Assembly: GCA_041915365.1 (NCBI GenBank)
Contig: JAYSBP010000012.1
Location: forward strand, 843-64,842
DNA: 64,000 nucleotides
Origin: Campylobacterales bacterium
GTDB lineage: Bacteria; Campylobacterota; Campylobacteria; Campylobacterales; UBA6016
Direction of reading: 5' to 3'
In this document: piece by piece, positions 56,903-64,000 of the stretch
How positions within the stretch are numbered: the stretch's first letter is position 1
Layout of the letters: each line of letters begins with the position of its first letter
Made by a program: the position numbers and the translations under genes
Notes under the pieces: model-generated
Told to the model about the DNA's origin: nothing
The model's database searches: none
What the model saw: only the letters and a program-made list of their open reading frames with translations

Positions 56903-58686
56903 ACATTCTCACCCCGACACAAACCAAAAGAGCGCTATTTTTTATAGCTTCAGACTTGGCGCTCTCTCTTTTTAGCTTTTACGCCTCATACCTGCTCCGT
57001 TTTAACTTTGAGATACCATCTTTGTTTATGGAAAATTTTGCGCTTTTGTTTGCGATACTCGCAACTCTCAAGATAACATCTTTTTTTCTATTTCACGGAT
57101 ACAAAACCCCTTGGAGATTTTTTGGCATCCAAAACCTGCTCAATCTAGTAAGAGCTCACTTTCTCGCATACGCCGTATTTGGAATTGTATTTTTGGTTTT
57201 TTCAGATGAACTAAACCCTTTTCCACGTTCAGTTATTTTTATAGATTTTGTGTTTTCCGTCTTTTTGCTAGGGGCTCTTCGAATTTCAAAAAGGGTCTAT
57301 CTGGAGGCAAAGGCTGAGAGAAAAAACCTATGCGTAATAATCGGCGCTACAAATGAGGGAAGTCTAATAGCCTCACACCTCAAAAGCGGTAACGGCGAAT
57401 ACTATCCGGTAGCGTTTTTGGAAGACGACAAACACAAGATAGGCGGAATAATCCACGGTTTTCCGGTGCTCGGGATGAAAGAGCTTCAAAACTTTGCCGG
57501 TAAAAAAGAAATAAGCAGCGCCTTAATAGCAAAACACATACACCCAAAAGAGCTTGGCAGGCTAATGGAGGAGCTAAAAAAAAGCGGAATAGAAAACGTC
57601 AAAAAAATATCACTCTTTGAAAACCACACCGACATCAAAGACATATCGATAGAAGAACTTCTCGCTCGCGAACCAAAAGACCTTGACACGCAGGCCGTAG
57701 CTAGATTTATCGCAGGCAAAAGCGTACTTATCACAGGGGCAGGTGGGAGCATCGGGAGCGAAATCACAAGACAATGTGCAAAATTTGGTGCAAAAAAGCT
57801 CATATTGGTGGAAAACGGGGAGTACAACCTCTACAAAATAAGCGATGAACTATCATCGTTTCATACCGTAAATAAGCTCGTAAGCGTCGTGGATAAAGCC
57901 ACCCTCAGCGGCGTTTTTGAACAGTACAAACCTCAAATCGTCATACACGCAGCAGCCTACAAGCACGTCCCTTTGGCAGAAGAAAATGTCAACGAGACGG
58001 TAAAAAACAACATATTCGGCACAAAAAATACGCTTGAGCTATCCATAGAGCATGGGGTGGAAAAATTTGTCCTTATCTCTACGGACAAAGCCGTCAGACC
58101 TACAAATGTGATGGGCACGACAAAAAGAGTTTGTGAGCTAATAGCACAAAATATCAAACAAAAATATCCAAACGCAAAAATGGAGATAGCCGCCGTGAGG
58201 TTCGGCAATGTGATAGGTAGCTCCGGCTCTGTAATACCAAAATTTAAAGAGCAAATAGCAAAGGGTGGGCCGATAACAGTCACGCATCCCGATATAGAGC
58301 GCTACTTTATGCTAATAGATGAGGCGTGCGCTCTTGTACTTCAAGCGGCGGCGATAGCAAAGGGAAGCGAAATATTTATCCTTGATATGGGCGAGCGTGT
58401 AAGGATAGTTGATGTCGCAAATAAAATGCTAGAGCTTGTCCGAAAAGAAAATGAGATAAAAATCGTTTTTACGGGACTAAGGCCTGGGGAAAAACTCATT
58501 GAAGAGCTACTGACGGACGAGAGCGCCGCAAATACCGAGTATCCGTCTATCACTGTCGCAAAAGAGAGCAGATGCGACTATGCAAAGCTAGAAGAAATCC
58601 TTGAAAAATTGAATGATTCGGAGTGCAAGTTAGAAGTGCTAAAAGAGCTTGTCCCTGAATTTGACCATAAGCTAAACGGAAATTGA
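56899..58686 (+). CDS. pglF: UDP-GlcNAc C4,6-dehydratase PglF (membrane-anchored CapD family)
   Basis: Four N-terminal TM helices and the Rossmann motif ITGAGGSIGSE. STDKAV plus VRFGNV (CapD family). Confidence 0.85.
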   Translation: MNILTPTQTKRALFFIASDLALSLFSFYASYLLRFNFEIPSLFMENFALLFAILATLKITSFFLFHGYKTPWRFFGIQNLLNLVRAHFLAYAVFGIVFLVFSDELNPFPRSVIFIDFVFSVFLLGALRISKRVYLEAKAERKNLCVIIGATNEGSLIASHLKSGNGEYYPVAFLEDDKHKIGGIIHGFPVLGMKELQNFAGKKEISSALIAKHIHPKELGRLMEELKKSGIENVKKISLFENHTDIKDISIEELLAREPKDLDTQAVARFIAGKSVLITGAGGSIGSEITRQCAKFGAKKLILVENGEYNLYKISDELSSFHTVNKLVSVVDKATLSGVFEQYKPQIVIHAAAYKHVPLAEENVNETVKNNIFGTKNTLELSIEHGVEKFVLISTDKAVRPTNVMGTTKRVCELIAQNIKQKYPNAKMEIAAVRFGNVIGSSGSVIPKFKEQIAKGGPITVTHPDIERYFMLIDEACALVLQAAAIAKGSEIFILDMGERVRIVDVANKMLELVRKENEIKIVFTGLRPGEKLIEELLTDESAANTEYPSITVAKESRCDYAKLEEILEKLNDSECKLEVLKELVPEFDHKLNGN

Positions 58687-61600
58687 TGAAAGATATTAAA
58701 AAATTACTTCAAGAAAGAGTCGTCGTAATAGACGGCGCAATGGGAACGGAGATACAAAAAAAAACGCTACCCGCTGACGTATGGGGTGAATACGAGGGGT
58801 GTAATGAACTACTAAATATAAGGGCAGCGGATGAGATAAGAAGCATTCACAGAGCCTACTACAAAGCTGGAGCCGACATCTCAAAAGCAAATACGTTTGG
58901 GTGTCTGCCGTGGGTACTTGATGAATACGGCCTGTCCGATATGTGCTACGAGCTAACCGTCGAGGGGATAAAAAGAGTCAAAGAGGCGGCTGCCGAGCTA
59001 GGTCTGGAAGATGAGACTTTTGTCGCCTGTTCACTCGGGCCGGGGACTAAACTGCCTAGCCTAGGACATATAGAATTTGATGAGATGAAAGATGGGTATG
59101 AGCTTGCAGTCAAAGCGGCGATAGATGCAAAAGCCGACATAATACTTCTAGAGACTTGCCAAGACCCTTTACAGATAAAAGCGGCACTCATAGGGGCACA
59201 GGACGCATTTGCCGCAAAAGGTGTTGCTCTACCGATTATGGTATCCGCAACTATCGAGATGAACGGCACGATGCTAATAGGTACGGACGCAAAAACGCTT
59301 GCAACGATACTAGCCCCTTTTGACATCGTATCTCTGGGTTTTAACTGCGGAACTGGGCCGCAAGAGGTCGCAAAACACGTCAGAGCGCTGAGTGAAGTAT
59401 GGAGCGGACATATCAGCGTCCACGCCAACGCCGGCTTGCCCCAAAATAGAGGTGGGTTTACTTTTTATCCGATGGGGCCTGACGAGTTTGCCTCTTTGCA
59501 AAAAGAGTTTTGCGACGTTGATGGCATAGCATTGCTTGGCGGGTGTTGCGGAACTACGCCGCAGCATATTTTGGAGCTGGCAAAAGCGGTAAAAGGCTTC
59601 AAACCAAAAGCGGCTACGGGAACTCATCCAAACTCTCTGGCATCGCTATTTGAAAGCTTTACGCTGGTTCAAGAGCCAGCTCCGCTGTATATCGGAGAGC
59701 GAAGCAACGCTACGGGCTCAAAAGCATTTCGTGAACTTCTCCTTGCAGAAGATTTTGACGGCGCGATGAGCGTCGCATACGAGCAGGTGCGAAGCGGAGC
59801 GCATGTGATAGATGTGAGCGTCGCTTTTGCCGGACGTGATGAGCGAAAAGATATGAAAGAGGTGGTGTCACGCTACGCATCTAAGCTCACTTTGCCGTTA
59901 ATGCCAGACTCCACCCAAATAGGCGCTCTTGAGGTAGCGCTAAAGCTCATAGGCGGTAGAGCGATAGTAAACTCCGTAAACATGGAAGACGGGGTAGAAA
60001 AATTCGACTCCGTATGCTCCCTTGCCAAACGATTTGGTTCTGCGCTAGTGTGCCTAGTCATCGATGAACAAGGAATGGCAAAAACGAAAGAGCGAAAACT
60101 AGAAATCGCGGAGAGGATATATGAAAGAGCCGTAAATCATTTTGGATTTAGGCCCTCCGACCTTGTGTTTGATATGCTCACATTTACGGTGGGAAGCGGC
60201 GATAGCGAGTATTTCACGGCGGCTATCGAGACCATTGAGGCAATAAGAGAGTTTCACGCCGCACATCCTGAAGCTGGATTTACCCTTGGGGTATCAAATA
60301 TCTCGTTTGGACTCTCCAAGCACTCAAGAGAGGTACTAAACTCCGTATTTCTCCATCACGCAGTCGCCGCAGGATTATCAACGGCGATAGTAAACGTCAA
60401 AAATACACTAGCCTATCACTCAATCTCGGATGAAGAGATAAAACTATGCGAGGAGCTACTGTTTGACAAGAGAGAAAATGGCTATGACCCGTTAGGGGCC
60501 TTCATCAACTACTTTGCGGCGCAAAGCGGCGAAGGCGTCAAGACAAAAGATGACTTGGAAGGGCTAGATACGCCAACAAAAATAAAAAAGCTTTTAATCG
60601 CCGGGGACAAAGAGCGGCTACTTGCGGCGTTGCCTACGGCAAAAGATGAGATAGCCCCTGAAAATATCGTAAACGAGCTACTCATTGGGGCTATGAAAGA
60701 GGTCGGTGAGCTATTTGGAGACGGACGAATGCAGCTTCCATTCGTTCTTCAATCGGCGGAGACTATGAAAGCGGCCGTAGACTGGCTAGCTCCATATCTG
60801 CCAAAAAGTGAAAAAACAAGTCAAACGACTTTGATACTAGGAACGGTAAAAGGCGACGTGCACGATGTCGGTAAAAATCTAGTAGACATCATACTTACAA
60901 ACAACGGCTTTAGAGTCGTAAATATAGGAATCAAAGCCGATATTGAGCTATTCATTGAAAAACTAAGAGAATTTGAGAGCGAAAACGGCTCGTTAGACGG
61001 CGTGGCACTCGGGATGAGCGGACTACTTGTCAAGTCCACGCAGGTCATGAAAGAAAACCTAGAAGAGCTAAAGCAAAAAGGGTATAGCATCCCCGTAATA
61101 CTAGGCGGGGCGGCTCTTAATATCGAGTTTGTCCATGAGTATTGCCGTCCCGTGTATGACGGAGCGGTAATATATTCTCGTGACGCATTCGACGCGATAG
61201 GAACTCTCCTGGAGATAGAAAAAGGGGAAGCCATAACGCTAGAGGAGCCTTCAAGCGCAAGAGCGGAGGCGAAAGAGGCGGCGAAGGATAGAGCCGAGGG
61301 CGAACTGATAAAACCAAAAGAGGAAGAGCCGCCAACTCCACCGTTTTGGGGTAGGCACGTGTGGGAATTTAGCGAGGCAGATAAGCTTCTGGCATTTGAG
61401 TGGATAAATCACCGTATGCTCTTCAAAGAGAGGTGGGGATACAAATCAAAAGGTATCGAAAAAAACGAATACGAAAAACAGCTTGAAGAGCTCGTAAAAC
61501 CTGCATACGAAAGACTAAAAAAAGAGTTTTTGGGCGGACTTTTTGCCCCTGTCGCCATATACGGCTACTATCCGGCGAGAGCCGAGGGTGAAGAGCTACT

Positions 61601-62165
61601 GATATTTGGCGAAAATGAAGGGTGGAGCAAAGACGAGAATGCAAACAGAGAGGATGTCCACACGGTCAGATGCAGAGCAAACAAAGTGTTGTCATTTCCA
61701 AGAGCGCACAAGACCCCTCGCCGCTCGATACCTGACTACTTCAGGGAAGATAGACACGATGTGCTTGGGATGAGCGTGGTATCCGTAGGCTCCAAAATCG
61801 CCGTGTACGAAAAAGAGCTATTTGATGCGGGCAAATATCATGAGTACTATCTAGTTCACGGCCTAGCGGTTGAGCTAGCGGAGGCAATGGCGGAGATGGT
61901 ACACAAGAGGGTAAGGGCTGAGCTTGGAATACTAAGAAATGAGAGCGCCGACATAAACGAGGTCAAAATGACAGGCTACCACGGATGTAGATACTCATTT
62001 GGCTACCCGTCATGCCCAGACCTTGAGATGAATAGGACGCTTTTTGAGCTACTTCGTCCCGAAGAGTACGGTGTCACGCTATCAGAGACTTGCCAAATAG
62101 CCCCAGAGGCGTCAACAAGCGCAATAATCGCCCATCACAGCGATGCGCAATATTTTACGATATAG
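58686..62165 (+). CDS. metH: cobalamin-dependent methionine synthase
   Basis: About 1160 aa with Hcy-binding, pterin-binding, B12-binding (GDVHDVGKN, the D-x-H-x-x-G motif) and AdoMet-activation domains. ATG 58686 overlaps the pglF TGA. Confidence 0.9.
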   Translation: MKDIKKLLQERVVVIDGAMGTEIQKKTLPADVWGEYEGCNELLNIRAADEIRSIHRAYYKAGADISKANTFGCLPWVLDEYGLSDMCYELTVEGIKRVKEAAAELGLEDETFVACSLGPGTKLPSLGHIEFDEMKDGYELAVKAAIDAKADIILLETCQDPLQIKAALIGAQDAFAAKGVALPIMVSATIEMNGTMLIGTDAKTLATILAPFDIVSLGFNCGTGPQEVAKHVRALSEVWSGHISVHANAGLPQNRGGFTFYPMGPDEFASLQKEFCDVDGIALLGGCCGTTPQHILELAKAVKGFKPKAATGTHPNSLASLFESFTLVQEPAPLYIGERSNATGSKAFRELLLAEDFDGAMSVAYEQVRSGAHVIDVSVAFAGRDERKDMKEVVSRYASKLTLPLMPDSTQIGALEVALKLIGGRAIVNSVNMEDGVEKFDSVCSLAKRFGSALVCLVIDEQGMAKTKERKLEIAERIYERAVNHFGFRPSDLVFDMLTFTVGSGDSEYFTAAIETIEAIREFHAAHPEAGFTLGVSNISFGLSKHSREVLNSVFLHHAVAAGLSTAIVNVKNTLAYHSISDEEIKLCEELLFDKRENGYDPLGAFINYFAAQSGEGVKTKDDLEGLDTPTKIKKLLIAGDKERLLAALPTAKDEIAPENIVNELLIGAMKEVGELFGDGRMQLPFVLQSAETMKAAVDWLAPYLPKSEKTSQTTLILGTVKGDVHDVGKNLVDIILTNNGFRVVNIGIKADIELFIEKLREFESENGSLDGVALGMSGLLVKSTQVMKENLEELKQKGYSIPVILGGAALNIEFVHEYCRPVYDGAVIYSRDAFDAIGTLLEIEKGEAITLEEPSSARAEAKEAAKDRAEGELIKPKEEEPPTPPFWGRHVWEFSEADKLLAFEWINHRMLFKERWGYKSKGIEKNEYEKQLEELVKPAYERLKKEFLGGLFAPVAIYGYYPARAEGEELLIFGENEGWSKDENANREDVHTVRCRANKVLSFPRAHKTPRRSIPDYFREDRHDVLGMSVVSVGSKIAVYEKELFDAGKYHEYYLVHGLAVELAEAMAEMVHKRVRAELGILRNESADINEVKMTGYHGCRYSFGYPSCPDLEMNRTLFELLRPEEYGVTLSETCQIAPEASTSAIIAHHSDAQYFTI

Positions 62166-62175
62166 GAGAAAACTG

Positions 62176-62610
62176 ATGGAATATTATCTATGGCTCAAGG
62201 CTTTTCACGTAATGTCTGTGCTTTCTTGGATGGCGATGCTCTTTTATCTCCCGAGATTGTTCGTGTATCACGCCGAAAATAAAGACAATGAGGGGTTCGT
62301 GCGTGTCGCAAAAATCCAAGAGCATAAGCTGTATTACTATATCGGACACCCCGCAATGATAGCAACAGTAGCATCGGGACTGCTAATGATATACCTCAAT
62401 CCTGCAATGTTTCACAGCGGCGGTTGGCTACACGCCAAACTTACTTTGGCTGCGCTAATGATAGCCTACAACTATGACTGCCGCAGACACCTTAGACTTC
62501 TAGCCGAAGACAAGAGCGAAAAAAGTGGTAAATTCTTCCGTGCTTACAATGAAATCCCAACTTTGCTTATGATAGGTATCGTTATTTTTGTGGTAGTCAA
62601 GCCGTTTTGA
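62176..62610 (+). CDS. hemJ: protoporphyrinogen IX oxidase HemJ
   Basis: YLWLKAFHVMSVLSWMAMLFYLPRLFVYH is the HemJ/UPF0093 signature. Start taken at MEYYLW. Confidence 0.8.
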   Translation: MEYYLWLKAFHVMSVLSWMAMLFYLPRLFVYHAENKDNEGFVRVAKIQEHKLYYYIGHPAMIATVASGLLMIYLNPAMFHSGGWLHAKLTLAALMIAYNYDCRRHLRLLAEDKSEKSGKFFRAYNEIPTLLMIGIVIFVVVKPF

Positions 62611-62611
62611 T

Positions 62612-63289
62612 ATGAACTATCTAGCCTATTGCAGCCTCTTGTATCTCGAAGACAACGACGACATAAGAGAGAATATGGGCAGGGTATTCGCTGCATTTTG
62701 CAAGTCGGTGACAACCGTAAAAACATACGAAGACGCCATCTTGGCGCTTGAAAAAGAGAAATACTCAATCGCCGTGTGCGACATAGAACTAGAGGGCGAT
62801 GCTACTGGAATTGATTTTATAAGGCGTATCAGGGAAACCAACAAAGAAACCCAGATAATAGTGCTATCGGCAAAGAGAGATGAGAGATTTTTGCTCGAAG
62901 CTATACCTCTAAATCTCGTAGAGTATCTCATAAAGCCGGTATCTTTTGAAGAGATAGAAGAGTCGCTAAATTCGTGCGCCGCCAGACTTGAAGAGATTGG
63001 ATTTTTCAGGTTTAAACTTTGTAAAAATACGTTTTTTGCCCCGCAAGAGGGCGCAATATACAAAAACGGCGAAAAAGTGATTTTGAGGGAAAAAGAGAGC
63101 GCACTACTCAGTCTCCTTGTCAAAAAAAACGGAAAACTCCTCCAAAAAGACGAAATAGAGGCAAAAATATATGATTACGAAGCTACTGATGGAGCAATAA
63201 AAAGCCTATTTAACAAGCTACGCAAAAAAATAGGAGAGGACGCTATAGAATCCATCCCATCTCTTGGTTATCGGTTATCGCTTAAATAA
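62612..63289 (+). CDS. OmpR-family response regulator
   Basis: REC domain (LEDNDD..., VCDIEL, LSAK, IKP) plus a C-terminal winged helix (LTxKExxLLxLL-like, ending GYRL). Confidence 0.75.
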   Translation: MNYLAYCSLLYLEDNDDIRENMGRVFAAFCKSVTTVKTYEDAILALEKEKYSIAVCDIELEGDATGIDFIRRIRETNKETQIIVLSAKRDERFLLEAIPLNLVEYLIKPVSFEEIEESLNSCAARLEEIGFFRFKLCKNTFFAPQEGAIYKNGEKVILREKESALLSLLVKKNGKLLQKDEIEAKIYDYEATDGAIKSLFNKLRKKIGEDAIESIPSLGYRLSLK

Positions 63290-64000
63290 AAAGGCAGCCT
63301 CACGCTAACACATAAGCCACCGTCTTTATTGCCCACCGTTATTAATCCGTTCATCTTTTGCTCAACTATTATTTTTGCTAGATATAGTCCTGAGCCCGTA
63401 CTGTTTTTTTTGGTTCCAAAAAATGGATTAAAAATATTTTTGATGGTCGGCTCATCGCAACCGCCGCCGTTATCTGCAAATTCCATCACAGCAAAACCAC
63501 CTTGTCTATATACAGCTATATCTACGATCGGCCTATCTATATTTTTATGCTCGAAAACCTCTTTGGAGTTTTGCAAAATCGCAGAAATAACCTGCAATAA
63601 GCCGTTAGAATCGGCATAAACTACACATCCATCCTCACATCTTAGCTGTACGGTAACCCCCAATGTCTCAAATGGACGTCCATAGACATCCAGCACTGTT
63701 TTTATTATTTTTTCCGGATATAGTTTTTCATTTTTTGCCTCTAAACGGAAAAAATCTTGGAAAAAATCTACCGATGAGGCCATCTTTTCTAGTATTGAAA
63801 ACGCCTTGTTGCAGTCTTTTTGAAGCGCATCAGGCTCTATCTTTGATAGCTTGATATCCGCCTGAACTGCCGACAACACCGCCGATAGCTCGGCAATCGG
63901 TTGCTTCCACTGATGTGTGATATTCGATACGGTATCGCCTGCGATAGATCTTTTGGACTGCTCCGCAAAAAGCTTTTCGCTAATCTCTTTTTCTTTTTTG
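63268..64000 (-). CDS. sensor histidine kinase, C-terminal part (gene continues beyond the window end)
   Basis: The reading frame stays open to nt 64000. H-box NITHQWKQPIAELS lies upstream of the track ORF. HATPase N/G boxes (NSKEVF, DNGGG, GSGLYLAK). Confidence 0.75.
   Translation of the reverse strand, partial: KKEKEISEKLFAEQSKRSIAGDTVSNITHQWKQPIAELSAVLSAVQADIKLSKIEPDALQKDCNKAFSILEKMASSVDFFQDFFRLEAKNEKLYPEKIIKTVLDVYGRPFETLGVTVQLRCEDGCVVYADSNGLLQVISAILQNSKEVFEHKNIDRPIVDIAVYRQGGFAVMEFADNGGGCDEPTIKNIFNPFFGTKKNSTGSGLYLAKIIVEQKMNGLITVGNKDGGLCVSVRLPFYLSDNR

Noticed and set aside
1-64000. A window-wide search for CRISPR arrays, rRNA or tRNA genes, IS elements and large tandem repeats.
   Set aside because: No non-coding gap exceeds about 200 nt. 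None shows repeat-spacer periodicity, tRNA T-arm motifs or terminal inverted repeats. The His-codon repetition at 30060-30215 is accounted for by the HypB His-rich region.

Overview
This looks like a chromosomal window from a Campylobacter-like epsilonproteobacterium. That is an inference from gene content: a pgl N-glycosylation locus whose PglB carries WWDYG, a hydABCD/hyp [NiFe]-hydrogenase cluster, and a Campylobacter-type sigma-54 promoter. I could run no database search. The window is gene-dense, with about 75 CDS. I found no rRNA, tRNA, CRISPR array, IS element or integrase.

Core blocks, in order:
- acpS'/thiS/midA-like/argD
- a REC-PP2C-kinase fusion plus a STAS protein
- pstCAB
- selU
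- gpt, eamA, mtaB, mltA, recR, dnaJ, lepB, folD, hup
- hypAEDCB, a Ni/Co ECF transporter, hypF, a hydE-like gene and hydDCBA
- a sigma-54-driven mini-flagellin
- mobA/moaC, glcD
- pglA-B-C-D-dedA-E-F, metH, hemJ, and a response regulator with a convergent histidine kinase

The most interesting region is a low-GC insertion of about 6 kb (about 10.3-16.4 kb) between selU and gpt. It carries mazEF, a WYL (BrxR/CapW-like) regulator, and a tightly packed six-gene same-strand operon. That operon encodes three small membrane-anchored or Cys-rich proteins, a TerB-like protein, a coiled-coil protein and a Cas9-type HNH nuclease fused to a multi-helix membrane domain. I cannot match this combination to any named defence system. 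I propose it as a candidate undescribed membrane-associated defence or abortive-infection system.

A second small accessory islet (44.8-49.1 kb) carries a Sel1-repeat lipoprotein, a 3-TM protein, an MNT/HepT toxin-antitoxin pair, a Pif1-like helicase and a CZB-GGDEF cyclase.
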